Assembly: GCA_965261395.1 (NCBI GenBank)
Contig: OZ253462.1
Location: 544,001-608,000 of the forward strand
Length of the DNA: 64,000 bases
Source of the DNA: Candidatus Latescibacterota bacterium
Lineage (GTDB): Bacteria > Latescibacterota > UBA2968 > UBA8231
Direction: 5' to 3'
Made by a program: the position numbers and the translations under genes
The notes under the pieces: model-generated
What the model was told of the DNA's origin: nothing
What the model saw: the letters and a program-made list of their open reading frames with translations, nothing else
The model's database searches: none
Shown: positions 40,369 through 50,724 of the stretch, piece by piece
How the letters are laid out: each line of letters begins with the position of its first letter
Position numbering within the stretch: position 1 is the stretch's first letter

Positions 40369-41525
40369 ATGAAACCCCCTAGGATAACAAAGATTGAAAT
40401 AAAAAGGATTCAGTGGGAAATCAAAGACTGTGGACCTGGTACATATTCTTCATGGATGACCTATAACCCAGGTGTGAATCTGCCAATGGGTAAACTCATG
40501 ACCAGTATCTATACTGACCAAGGCGTCGTAGGATCCTATCCGATTAGCCATGATATTTCTCGTATTGCTAACTCTTTAATTAGGAAGTAATCCCCTTGCA
40601 AGGGAAGATATATGGCACAATTTTAATCAGTTTCACTTAGGTGGTTTACATGCATCTGTAGACATAATATTATGGGATATTCTAGGAAAAATGACTGATC
40701 TCTCCATATCTGATTTATTGGGAGGACATAGAAAAAAATTACCCGCTTATGCCAGTACTTATGAACGGAGGAGAAGAAGGATTAAAAGGAGGCTTATCCA
40801 CGCCAGAATCTTACGCTGACTTTGCTGAACAATGCTTAGAAATTGGTTATAAGGGTTTTAAGATCCATCCATTTCCTAGACCTAAAATTCAAGACCATAT
40901 TGACTTGATTCACGCTGTGGCCAATAGAGTGGGAGGAAAAATGGATCTAATGCTAGATTCATTTAACTATTATTCAACATTTGCGGATGCTTTAAAAGTT
41001 GGAAGAGCCTGCGATGAAGCAGGTTTTTATTGGATAGAAGATCCTTATTTTGTTGGCGGAGGTACTACTGAGAACGGGCACCAGAGATTAAAAGAGTTTC
41101 TAGCTACGCCACTTCTTCAAGGAGAAAAAGTTGCAGGAATCCCTGGAAAAATGAATATGCTGTTATCCGGATCAACAGATTTTGTCAGGGGTAATGTAAG
41201 TGGAGATGGAATCACAGGGACAAAGAAACTTGCGTCAGCTGCTGAAACAATAGGGGCAGATATTGAAATTCATGGCGTGGGCCCGGCTCAAAGACATGTG
41301 ATGTCTGCTATAGGCAACTCCAATTATTATGAAATGGTTTGGGTTCATCCTGATGTAGAATGTTTACAACTGACGTCTGAAATTTTTCTTGATGGATATC
41401 GGGATGGTCTTGAAGAAGTAGATTCAGATGGTATGGTAGATGTACCAGAGGGACCAGGGATGGGTGTTGAGTGGAATTGGGATGTTATAAATAAAATGAC
41501 GACAGAGACAAAAATTATCGACTAA
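40369..41525 (+). pseudogene. Mandelate racemase-family gene with two +1 frameshifts
   Basis: Removing one T near 40580 and one near 40759 restores IGSNPLAREDIW...WDILGK...LPAYASTMNG; AT-rich. Confidence 0.8.
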
Positions 41526-41634
41526 AAAGCTCAAATATAGAGGACAAGAGGGAGACAATCCACAGCGAGTCCGCGCCAAAAACAACCACACCGTTTGCCC
41601 CGACCCCCTAAAAGCCCCTTATAACTCCTATACA

Positions 41635-42690
41635 TCAATTCCACGCCGTGCGCAGCAAGCGGACCCAGTTGCCGTGCATGATGTCGGCAACGTCGGTCTG
41701 CGAGTAACCGCGGCGTTCGAGGATGGCGGGAATCTTCCGCAGGTCGGCGATGGTGTCGAGGTCGGAGGGGCACTGCTCCTTGCCGTAGCCGCCGTCCAGG
41801 TCGGTGCCCAGGGCGGCGTGGCGGGAGCTCCCGGTCAACTGGCAGACATGGTCGATGTGGTCCACCACAGTCTCCAGAGTGATGCCCGTGTTGTCCCTGG
41901 CGGCCGGGTCCCACAAGGGGGAGACCATCCAGATGTCCATGGCTGCGCCAATGACGCCTCCGCGCTGAGCCAGAGCTTTGATCTGTTGATCGTCGAGCTG
42001 GCGGTCGTGGTCGCACAGGGCCCGGCAGCAGTTGTGAGTGGCCAGCACGGGACCGGTGAAAATCTCCAGTGCTTCCCAGAATGCCTGCTCGGCCAAGTGG
42101 CTCACATCGAGGATTGCCCCGGCCGCCTCCAAGGCTTCGAGCATGGGACGGCCTCTGGCCGTCAGGCCGCCGGGAGCCTGAGTTCCGTGGGCGTAGGAGC
42201 TGACCCCGTAGTGACACAGACTCACGATCCGCAGGCCTTCATCCCACCACTCCGCCACCTGTTCGGGTGCCACAATGCCGTCCGCCCCTTCCATGCTGAG
42301 GACAAACCCCAGCGGGGTCGCCTGAGGATCGTCGTCCCACTCGGCCAGATGGGCGTCGAGTTCGGCCCGATCGCGTATCTGGCGCAAGACTCCCTTGGCC
42401 TCCATCAGGCGGTAGTAGGCTAGCTCGCCCTTGCACTTGGCGTAGGCAATGTCCTGAGTGCGCACCCCGGAGAAGCGCTTGCCCTGCGAAGCAAGTCGGC
42501 AGTGCACCGTGACGAAGAAGAGGCCGATCCCGCCGCGCCGCAGTTCGGCGAAATTCACCACGTTCAGGCCGCGGCCCTTCTGCCCCATTCCGGCTTCGGC
42601 CTCGCGTATTTTGGCGATGGGCTGGAGCAAGTCCCGGTCCCATCCGAGAGCGTTGTAGGCGATATCTAGGTGGGCATCGACGATCAGCAT
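41635..42690 (-). CDS. Membrane dipeptidase (M19)
   Basis: 'DAHLD', 'MEGAD', 'DVSH', 'DHIDH', 'GTDLDG'. Confidence 0.92.
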   Translation of the reverse strand: MLIVDAHLDIAYNALGWDRDLLQPIAKIREAEAGMGQKGRGLNVVNFAELRRGGIGLFFVTVHCRLASQGKRFSGVRTQDIAYAKCKGELAYYRLMEAKGVLRQIRDRAELDAHLAEWDDDPQATPLGFVLSMEGADGIVAPEQVAEWWDEGLRIVSLCHYGVSSYAHGTQAPGGLTARGRPMLEALEAAGAILDVSHLAEQAFWEALEIFTGPVLATHNCCRALCDHDRQLDDQQIKALAQRGGVIGAAMDIWMVSPLWDPAARDNTGITLETVVDHIDHVCQLTGSSRHAALGTDLDGGYGKEQCPSDLDTIADLRKIPAILERRGYSQTDVADIMHGNWVRLLRTAWN

Positions 42691-42703
42691 GGAGGTTCTC
42701 CCA

Positions 42704-42772
42704 TCAATATTTGAAATTGCGTTCTATGTCCCGGTTGACGGGAAACTGGCAAGTGGCAATTTTCAACTTCAC
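42704..42772 (-). pseudogene. N-terminal stub of a carbon-nitrogen hydrolase
   Basis: GTG-start KLKIATCQFPVNRDIERN with GAGGAG RBS; stops after 22 codons. Confidence 0.55.
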
Positions 42773-42948
42773 CGCATACTCCTCTCCATTGCGGGGGCGC
42801 GTCACCGTCTCCTGGCTCTGGAGAAAAGATAAATCAGGACGGCGACTGCGAACAAGTACAAAGCCTTCGCTTCGGTTCACTACTTGACTAACACCTCGAT
42901 ATTTTGAGGATTTAACCACGCCTAAAACCGAGGAAGTGAATCGGGTGT

Positions 42949-44088
42949 ATGAATAAAATCACCAGACGTGAGGTGCTGAAAGTTGCTGCTGGTGCGGTCT
43001 TTGTGGGATCTGGGATCTCCGCGAATTGTTCATCGGTAGTCGCACGAAGTGATGACGAAACCTCGAAGGATTCTATGCGTAAACTCATTAAACCACCGAA
43101 ACTTATTTCTGGCGACACAGTCGGTATCGTATCACCTGCGTCTGCATTTTTTCCGCTTAATGAGTCTGCTCTTCAGCGAGGCGTTGCATATTTAGAAAAG
43201 ACCGGATTGCACATTCAGATCGCACCCCATACACGTGATCAGCGGAAGCACTTGAATCCACCGGCACAACACCGTGCTGACGATTTAAATCAGATGTTCG
43301 CTGATCCAAATATTAAAGCCATTTTCTGTCTATCTGGCGGCGATGGAGCCAATGCGGTATTATCGCTGCTGGACTGGCATCAGGTTCAGGTGTCCCCGAA
43401 AATTGTGATGGGATATAGTGCGGTTACTGCTCTTTTGAACGGTCTATATGCAAAGGTGGGTTTAGTTACATTTCACGGTCCGATGATCCTCAACGGTTTC
43501 AGCGAATATCCGCAACCTTTTGCCTATACATGCCATCATGTTGAACGGATATTGTTCAACGCAGAGCCAGTGGGTAAACTTGAGCCACCGGCACAATGGA
43601 CGGATGCCTATCCAAGCGAAGATCAACCACGAACGATGAAAACAAATTCAGGTTGGCGTTGGTTGAGGGATGGAAACGCGAGCGGTCCATTGGTTGGCGG
43701 AAATTTAAGTGCGCTGTTGACTTTAGCAGGGACTCCATATTGGCCAGTGTCGCAAGACTCAATCTTGTGTCTTGAGGAGGTTAACTTTAGCGATAGTCAA
43801 CTACTACGCAACGTTGACAAGTCGCTCAACCAATGTCAACAAATAGGGGTGTTTGACCAGATTGCGGGCTTAGTTGTCGGTAAGATTAATGAACTCACTG
43901 AAGAAGAGAAAAAACTTTTTGAACTCTTAATCCTTGAATACACAACGGATCGGCAATTCCCGATCTTGTCAGGTGTTGATTTCGGTCATACCGCGCCTCG
44001 ATTAACGCTCCCTATCGGTATTCAAGCCTCTCTTGATTCAGGACGGGACTTATTTAGTTTAGATGAAGGTGCTGTTGTGTCCAGTTAA
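42949..44088 (+). CDS. S66 family peptidase (LD-carboxypeptidase/MccF-like) with Tat signal
   Basis: 'ITRREVLK', 'GDTVGIVSPA', 'GYS', 'GGNL', 'LEEV', 'DFGH'. Confidence 0.88.
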   Translation: MNKITRREVLKVAAGAVFVGSGISANCSSVVARSDDETSKDSMRKLIKPPKLISGDTVGIVSPASAFFPLNESALQRGVAYLEKTGLHIQIAPHTRDQRKHLNPPAQHRADDLNQMFADPNIKAIFCLSGGDGANAVLSLLDWHQVQVSPKIVMGYSAVTALLNGLYAKVGLVTFHGPMILNGFSEYPQPFAYTCHHVERILFNAEPVGKLEPPAQWTDAYPSEDQPRTMKTNSGWRWLRDGNASGPLVGGNLSALLTLAGTPYWPVSQDSILCLEEVNFSDSQLLRNVDKSLNQCQQIGVFDQIAGLVVGKINELTEEEKKLFELLILEYTTDRQFPILSGVDFGHTAPRLTLPIGIQASLDSGRDLFSLDEGAVVSS

Positions 44089-44329
44089 TTTGATGCGTCG
44101 CGCTTCGCTCCACATCGAAATTCTACCACTGGAGCTGAACACTGCCAATGACACTGGAGGTCGGAAGCGATGGCCCGTGCGATCATACAACCGGTGAGGG
44201 TCCACTCGATCTCTCAGCCCGATTACCTAGTCGAGATTGAAGCCGTAGCTTTCCTCCCATTCCTCGTAGAAGCCCAGTCGAGGTCGGAGTTCGCAAGTGC
44301 CCAGGCCGGTTAGAAGAAGTGGGAAAGAG

Positions 44330-44957
44330 CCCTTGAGACCCAGATCACGGCGAAGCTCAACGGTTTCTCTCCCCAATTGCGGAGGATGACACAAGCGAAG
44401 AGAAATGGCCGTTGCTCTTGTTCTTGCACGGAGCGGGCGAGCGTGGAGACGACCTTGAGCTAGTGAAGGGCCACGGTCCACCGAAAATGATAGCGCAGGG
44501 GAGGGACTTTCCTTTCGTGGTCATCTCGCCGCAGTGTCCAAAGGATGAGTGGTGGTCAATCGACGCGCTGCATGCTCTCCTAGACGAGATCGTTGAGACC
44601 TATCGCATCGATAAGGCCAGGATCTACGTGACCGGCTTGAGTATGGGGGGATATGGGACGTGGGGACTAGCATGTACCTATGCCGAGAAGTTCGCGGCAA
44701 TCGTTCCCATATGTGGTGGTGGGGATCCAGAAAAAGCGCCCCTAATGAAGGAGGTACCGACTTGGGTTTTCCACGGCGCGCAAGACGAGGCAGTGCCGTT
44801 GCAACAATCACAGGAGATGGTTGATGCTCTCAAGGCTGCAGGAGGCAATGTCCGCTTTACGGTGTACCCCGAAGGGGGCCACGTGGAGGCGTGGCAAAAT
44901 GCATACAGCGATCCTGACCTTTGGGAGTGGTTGGCAAAGCAGCGACGGGCCAAGTAA
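44330..44957 (+). pseudogene. Phospholipase/carboxylesterase-type alpha/beta hydrolase, 5'-disrupted
   Basis: 'KWPLLLFLHGAGERG', GLSMG nucleophile elbow; upstream 'LETQITAKLN' is in another frame. Confidence 0.7.
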
Positions 44958-44971
44958 CTTCGGCAGCCGAA

Positions 44972-46966
44972 TCAGGGCAATATGGCTTCTACTTTTACTT
45001 GGCCCTCGTCCCAAATCACCGTGCCCGCGCCCACTTCAGCTAGCTCGACTACATCGCCGGGCACCTCCAATCTTAACGAGGTCATCCCGATTCCGCTGTA
45101 GGCGGCAACATATCTTTTGCCCCCCGGGCAGGCGCAGAGCCATATCGGGCCCTTGTCGCAGGTGAGAGTGGCACCGCCGATGGAGACCTGTCCGGAAGCG
45201 CTCTGTCGGGCATAGGGCGACTCGTGCATGGGCCAGTTTAGGGAGCCGTCCTGGGTCCAACGCCGCTTTAGCGACCACTCATACAGATCAACTTCTATGC
45301 CGAGTACGCGGTCGTCGCGCGCGTACTCCACGCGGAGCGCGCGCGCGCCACCCGCGGTATAGGTGGCGGGCGGGGCCGCCTCGTCGACGAGCGCGCCGCT
45401 CGCTACCTCGGCGGCAAAATTGGCACCGCTGGCGTAGTCGGTGCGCTCGGCCAGTTCGGCGTAGAAACCGCAGCGGGGCTGGCCCTGGTAAAAGGAGCCG
45501 GGTTTGGCCATTTCCCAGAAAGTCTTGGCCGGTCCCGTATAGTTGTACATCTCCAGGGCCAGATGACCGTCCAGTTCGACCAAGCGGATGAGGGCACCGC
45601 CGCCCAGATCGGTCAGCTCGAGCGGCTGGACGGCCGTCCACAGGGCACCGCTGCCGACGACGACCACCTCGCCCTGGGGCACTGCCGCCGGCAGAAAATC
45701 TACTTTGTGCTGGCCGATCCAGATCTCATCGACCTGCTCGATCTCGGTCCACACGAGCACGGCTTTGGCGCTGGTACGCCGCGTCCAGGCGTCCAGGCCG
45801 CGCGGGGCGTAGAGGCCGATGGCGCGACCCCGCTCGTGCACGCCGTAGAAGTGGCCCTCTTCGGGAACGACCTGTCCGGGCGCGCGCGACGGCGTCGTCT
45901 GGAAGCTGAGCCACTGGTCGTCGAGTATATAACGCGAAAAGAGCACGCCGCAGCGCGCGCGATCCAAGAGCCGGTACTGCGCGTAAAATACGCTGGACTG
46001 CAGGGCGATAAAGATGACTTCCTGGGTCTTCAGTTCGCAGGAGGCCACGCCCAGACAGAAAGAGGGACTGTGATAGGTGCTCAGCGCCACGGGCTCTTCG
46101 CCGTGGGCCGTTTCGTCTATTTGCTGCGGCACGTTGGGGCGCTGCAGCAGGTCGCCGATCCAGGCGGGTAGCTGCCCGCCATCCAACCACGCGCGCACGT
46201 CATTGGCGTTAAAGGCGTCGGCGTTAAAGACGGCATGGCTATAGGCGCGGCTGAAGGGGCCGGCCCAGCAGCCGATGCCGGGGTGTACGTGTAACGCGGC
46301 GGAAAGGCCGAGGCGAGCGAGCATGGTGCGGGCGTGGATGCAGGTATGTTCGTCCTCTGTCAGTTCGGCCAGGCGGCTCAGCACGCGCACGGCGACAGAG
46401 GCGTAGTTGGGGCTATTGTACTCGGCAGGCAGGCCGTAGGTGTCCACGTGCGCCATCCAGCGCACCAGTTTTTCCCGGCCGCGCTGGCCGATGTTATCAT
46501 CGCCCAACAACTGGCCGCCGAGGCAGGAGTTGGCGATGTCCTTGAGGACGATGTTGGTATAGGCCAAGGCCACGTCGATGCGCGCGATTTCCTCCAGACC
46601 CAGCGCGACGGCGTGGCGCATAGCCGCGACCAAGTCCGGGGGCAGGGCATCTGATGTTTTGCACAGCACGGGAATGCAATAAAAGAGCACGAACTGCACG
46701 GCATTGAGATCTTCGACGACTTCGTCTTCCCGCTCCCAGCGAAAATTGCCGCGGTGCGGTTGGGTGTCCCGCACTTCCTGGCAGGCGAGCACGGCGCGAA
46801 AGATGAGGGCGGCTTCGGCGATGTCGGCGGGTGCGCCGCTGGCCATCAGCTCAGAGGCCAGTTGAGCCGAGGGTATGGTGGCGTGAAAGATGTGCCCGCG
46901 CACCTGATGGGTGACCATGTGTGCCTCGGCGTCGTAATTTTTGGGCAGGGCCGGCGGTGATGGCAA
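44972..46966 (-). CDS. Large hypothetical protein, possibly lyase/heparinase-like
   Basis: Long GC-rich frame; TTG start after GAGGA; 'EYNSPNY' motif. Confidence 0.65.
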   Translation of the reverse strand: MPSPPALPKNYDAEAHMVTHQVRGHIFHATIPSAQLASELMASGAPADIAEAALIFRAVLACQEVRDTQPHRGNFRWEREDEVVEDLNAVQFVLFYCIPVLCKTSDALPPDLVAAMRHAVALGLEEIARIDVALAYTNIVLKDIANSCLGGQLLGDDNIGQRGREKLVRWMAHVDTYGLPAEYNSPNYASVAVRVLSRLAELTEDEHTCIHARTMLARLGLSAALHVHPGIGCWAGPFSRAYSHAVFNADAFNANDVRAWLDGGQLPAWIGDLLQRPNVPQQIDETAHGEEPVALSTYHSPSFCLGVASCELKTQEVIFIALQSSVFYAQYRLLDRARCGVLFSRYILDDQWLSFQTTPSRAPGQVVPEEGHFYGVHERGRAIGLYAPRGLDAWTRRTSAKAVLVWTEIEQVDEIWIGQHKVDFLPAAVPQGEVVVVGSGALWTAVQPLELTDLGGGALIRLVELDGHLALEMYNYTGPAKTFWEMAKPGSFYQGQPRCGFYAELAERTDYASGANFAAEVASGALVDEAAPPATYTAGGARALRVEYARDDRVLGIEVDLYEWSLKRRWTQDGSLNWPMHESPYARQSASGQVSIGGATLTCDKGPIWLCACPGGKRYVAAYSGIGMTSLRLEVPGDVVELAEVGAGTVIWDEGQVKVEAILP

Positions 46967-47023
46967 GGTGGATTCCTCGGTTAAGTTGTGAGAAAAGTAG
47001 AATTTCAATAGGAGGAAGATAAA

Positions 47024-48409
47024 GTGAGTGTCAAAAAAAGTGATTTGCTGATCGGGGGCCAAATGTGTCCCCCAACATCTGGACGCTACTATCCCCTGTA
47101 TAGCCCCGTGGACGGCACATTAGTCGCCGAAGTCGCCGATGCCAGTCGGGCCGACGTGGATCGGGCCGCTGCTGCTGCGCGCGAAGCATTTTATGCAGAG
47201 TGGAAGTTCTGCGGCATTGAGTACAAGCGCGCTTTATTCGCCAAACTGAAAGAGGTGCTCTATGCCATGGCCGATGAACTGGCGGCAACCAAGGTCCAGC
47301 CCCAGGGAGCGGGCATCCCGCCGCTGGTAGAGCGCGTCATCGACTACTACGTGGGTAAACTAGACGACGGGGCGGGCGCGCTTATTGAGCACGGCGACCA
47401 AGGTACTAATTATGTATATAGGGAACCGCTGGGCGTCGTTGCGATCTTTGCCCCCTTCAACGGGCCGATGCTGGCCTCTCTTTTGTCGGCCGTGCCGGCA
47501 CTAATAGCCGGCAATACGGTCGTGCTTAAAGCGCCCGATCAGGAAGCACCCCAGGCGCTCAAGACTATGCAGGCATTTCACGAAGCCGGTTTCCCCGCCG
47601 GAGTGGTCAACGCGCTCAGCGGCAAGGGACCTGAGGTGGGGCAGGCTCTCGTCGCGCACCCAGCTACACGTCTGATCAGTTTTACCGGCAGCACGGCGAC
47701 GGGTAAAAAGATCATGGCCGCTGCCGCCGAAGATCTCAAGCGAGTGCAGCTAAATCTGGGCAACAAAACGGCGCAGATCGTCTTGCCCGACGCCGACCTC
47801 GAGGCGGCGGCGACCGCGACCGTGGGATCGGCCTTCCCCGGGCAGGCGTGCTCGGCAATAAGTCGGGTTTTGCTGCACGAATCGCTGCGCGACGAATTTA
47901 TCGCTCTACTAAAAGAAAAAACGCAGACCGCAGGGCCCAGCATGTTGATCGACCGGGCGGCGGTAGAGCGCGTGGAGCGCTACGTCGAGATGGGAAAAGC
48001 ACAGGGGTCGCTGCTGTTTGGTGGCGCACATCCGCCGGGAGACGAGTACGCGAAGGGTTGCTATTTTGAGCCCACGGCCTTTGCCTTTGCAGATCAGTCC
48101 GGTCCGGTCTGCCGCGACGAAATTTTCGGGCCGGTTGTATCCGTGCTGACGTTTGCTAGCGACGACGAGGCGCTGGCGTTGGCCAACGATACGGACTACG
48201 GACTGCTCGTTTCGCTCTGGACGCTAGATCCTGAGCGACAACGCTATTTTGTGCGGCGATTGGAAGTGGGGGTTGTGACCGTTAATAGTGCCAGTATGCT
48301 GAGCCATCGCACACCCTGGGGTGGTTTTAAGCAGAGTGGCATTGGCCGGCGCTACGGCGAGATGGGTCTGGAGCCTTTTTTTGAATACAAAACGGTGTGG
48401 ATCTCTTGA
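47024..48409 (+). CDS. Aldehyde dehydrogenase family protein
   Basis: 'PFN', 'FTGS', 'GQAC', 'EIFGPV', 'PWGGFKQSG'. Confidence 0.92.
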   Translation: MSVKKSDLLIGGQMCPPTSGRYYPLYSPVDGTLVAEVADASRADVDRAAAAAREAFYAEWKFCGIEYKRALFAKLKEVLYAMADELAATKVQPQGAGIPPLVERVIDYYVGKLDDGAGALIEHGDQGTNYVYREPLGVVAIFAPFNGPMLASLLSAVPALIAGNTVVLKAPDQEAPQALKTMQAFHEAGFPAGVVNALSGKGPEVGQALVAHPATRLISFTGSTATGKKIMAAAAEDLKRVQLNLGNKTAQIVLPDADLEAAATATVGSAFPGQACSAISRVLLHESLRDEFIALLKEKTQTAGPSMLIDRAAVERVERYVEMGKAQGSLLFGGAHPPGDEYAKGCYFEPTAFAFADQSGPVCRDEIFGPVVSVLTFASDDEALALANDTDYGLLVSLWTLDPERQRYFVRRLEVGVVTVNSASMLSHRTPWGGFKQSGIGRRYGEMGLEPFFEYKTVWIS

Positions 48410-48475
48410 AAGAGGCGAGTAGTGCAGAAGTTGCTGTGCTGTCAGGATCCTCTTGGGTCCCAAAACCCCACGTCC

Positions 48476-48560
48476 GCATAACGCGACCGTGCGTGGCTCG
48501 GTGCATTCGCACCTTCACGCAACTGCCTGCGGCAGTTCGCGCACAGCGGGAACGTTAGGC
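48476..48560 (+). other. attC-like recombination site (best preserved)
   Basis: GCATAAC ... GTTAGGC over 85 bp; GTGCGTG/CGCGCAC pairing; two internal hairpins; ATG 20 bp downstream. Confidence 0.8.
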
Positions 48561-48580
48561 GCAACGCGGTCAATTGAATC

Positions 48581-49063
48581 ATGTCAGTTACGTTGGTTGA
48601 GCACTATGATCCGACTTGGCCGTCATGGTTCGAAGAGTTGCGGCACCGTTTTGACTCAGTTTTGTCAGGAAGGTATTGCAGCATCGAGCATGTCGGTAGC
48701 ACATCTATCGCCGGAATGACCGCCAAGCCAATCATTGACGTTGACATTGTCATTGAGCGACAGGATTTTGAGCGCACGAAGGATCAGCTTGCAGAGATCG
48801 GATATTTCCACGAAGGTGATCTAGGTATTCCTGGCAGAGATGCCTTTGATCTGTCAGATAGTGAACTGAAGGAATCTTTGCCCGCCCACCATACGTACGT
48901 TTGTGACAAGTATGGTGAAGCCTTGAAGCGGCACCTTGTCTTCAGGGATTTCCTCAGACTAAGTCCCGAATATGCTCGTAGGCTCAGTAACCTGAAATGG
49001 CAACTGACAAATAAAAGACGATCCAATGACCTGTTTTCTTTTGCCGCTATGAAGAAGGTTTAG
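48581..49063 (+). CDS. GrpB family protein (3' end probably degraded)
   Basis: 'YDPTWP', 'IEHVGSTS', 'AKPIIDVD', 'FRDFLR'. Confidence 0.85.
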   Translation: MSVTLVEHYDPTWPSWFEELRHRFDSVLSGRYCSIEHVGSTSIAGMTAKPIIDVDIVIERQDFERTKDQLAEIGYFHEGDLGIPGRDAFDLSDSELKESLPAHHTYVCDKYGEALKRHLVFRDFLRLSPEYARRLSNLKWQLTNKRRSNDLFSFAAMKKV

Positions 49064-49131
49064 CCGTGGAGATCGTTCTGCGACAGGCCCTAATGGAAAG
49101 CTGATGGTCCTATGCATACTGAAGAGTTAGC

Positions 49132-49638
49132 ATGGCAAGGCAACCCCTACAAGTGATTGTGATACCGTTCAGGAAGAGTGCGAATGTCGGATACCAGTTT
49201 GCCGTCTTCCATCGGGCGGATGACTCTAGGTGGCAGTTTATTGCAGGTGGTGCCGAAGACGATGAGACGGCAGAGCAAACCGCACGGCGTGAGGCGGAAG
49301 AGGAGGCCGGCATTCCAAAGAGGGCACGTTTCTTGCGGCTGGATTCTCGTGCCTCCGTCCCCAAGACGGCATTCTCACCAACAGCACACTGGTCCAAGGA
49401 CATCTTTGTCGTGCCTGAATACTCATTTGCTGTTGATGCAAGTGGTCAAGAACTTGATTTGTCCCATGAACATGACAAGGTGAGCTGGTTGTCTTTTAAG
49501 GAAGCTACGAGACTGCTCACATGGGAAAGCAACCGAATCGCACTCTGGGAACTTAACGAACGTCTGAATACCGACCAGATTGACGAGCTTCGGGCTATGG
49601 ACGACGGGTCACGTCCACCCGGCCACGGCAACGTGTAA
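49132..49638 (+). CDS. Nudix hydrolase
   Basis: Nudix box GGAEDDETAEQTARREAEEEAG; 'LSHEH'. Confidence 0.9.
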   Translation: MARQPLQVIVIPFRKSANVGYQFAVFHRADDSRWQFIAGGAEDDETAEQTARREAEEEAGIPKRARFLRLDSRASVPKTAFSPTAHWSKDIFVVPEYSFAVDASGQELDLSHEHDKVSWLSFKEATRLLTWESNRIALWELNERLNTDQIDELRAMDDGSRPPGHGNV

Positions 49639-49689
49639 CGCGCCCGTGCGCGGCTCAGGTCATTCGGCCTTCGCCCAACTGCCTGCGGC
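49633..49689 (+). other. Left part of an attC-like site, truncated
   Basis: Aligns with 48476-48533 and breaks after AACTGCCTGCGGC. Confidence 0.75.
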
Positions 49690-49870
49690 CAAGCATCGGG
49701 GTCAGGGCTTCGGCCGTGGGCTCCTTGAGGCACGCCTCAAATGGGGATTTGAGCAGGGGGCGCGTCTGGCATACCTGCAAGTGATGGCGAACAACGAGCC
49801 GGCTCTGGCTCTGCAACGCAAGTATGGTTTTAGCGAGTCGTACCGGTATTGGTATCGAGTGCAGCCCTTC
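49690..49870 (+). pseudogene. C-terminal remnant of a GNAT acetyltransferase
   Basis: 'HRGQGFGR...AYLQVMANNEPA..L..KYGF...YRYWYR'. Confidence 0.75.
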
Positions 49871-49893
49871 TCTGATCTGGAGGACGGAAACTG

Positions 49894-50619
49894 TTGCGGT
49901 TTATGGTGGCGGTCGATGACCTTAAACTTGCCGGTGTCTGTCGTCAGCATGGATATGGGATCGAGATCCAGCCCTTTCTCGAACCGGGGATAGTGCCAGA
50001 ATTGCAAGGAGTTCTGGGCGATCTTCAGCCACGCTCACTGCACGGTCCTTTCGGCGATCTGTGTGCGGGAAGCTACGATCCCATGATCCGGGAAGTGACC
50101 AGACATCGGTTCGAACTGGCGTACCGCTTTGCCCATGAACTAGAGTGTCCCGACATCATCCTGCACCACGGATACATCCCAGGCACCAGCACACCACAGA
50201 ATTGGTTGTCTCGATGTGTTTCCTTCTGGCACGACTTCCTTGACGGCAAGGAAGCATCTGTCCGCTATCATGTTGAGAACATGCTCGAATGGGATGCCGT
50301 CCTGCTCGCTGAAGTGATCGACGCGATCAATGATCCGCGAGTCGACGTCTGTCTCGATATTGGGCACTGCCACTGCAATTCTCGCGATACTCCGATAGCG
50401 TGGATCGAGCAACTTGGCCCGAGAATCGGGTGGGTACACATGCACAACAATCACGGGGAGTCCGACGAGCACCTCGCTCTTGGTCAAGGAACTATCCCTA
50501 TTGGCGAGGTCTGCAGTGCACTTCTGGAGTATGCGCCAGCGGCTGTGTGGTGCCTGGAAGCTCTCGACGAGGGAATCCCGACCTCAATCGAATGGATACA
50601 AGCCAACGGGTTTGGGTAA
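49894..50619 (+). CDS. Sugar-phosphate isomerase/epimerase (AP endonuclease 2 TIM barrel)
   Basis: 'HGPF', 'VEN', 'CLDIGH', 'HMHNN', 'DEHL'. Confidence 0.85.
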   Translation: MRFMVAVDDLKLAGVCRQHGYGIEIQPFLEPGIVPELQGVLGDLQPRSLHGPFGDLCAGSYDPMIREVTRHRFELAYRFAHELECPDIILHHGYIPGTSTPQNWLSRCVSFWHDFLDGKEASVRYHVENMLEWDAVLLAEVIDAINDPRVDVCLDIGHCHCNSRDTPIAWIEQLGPRIGWVHMHNNHGESDEHLALGQGTIPIGEVCSALLEYAPAAVWCLEALDEGIPTSIEWIQANGFG

Positions 50620-50640
50620 ATCGTGGTCTCATATCCGGTA

Positions 50641-50724
50641 ACTACAACCCAACCGTGGGGACGCCGGTCCGTTTGGTTTCGCGATCCGGATGGGAACATC
50701 GTCAATTTTTATGCCAGCGTATAA
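50641..50724 (+). pseudogene. C-terminal remnant of a VOC/glyoxalase protein followed by an attC R''-like site
   Basis: TTTQPWGRRSVWFRDPDGNIVNFYASV-stop; stop lies inside GCGTATAAC (50717-50725). Confidence 0.75.
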
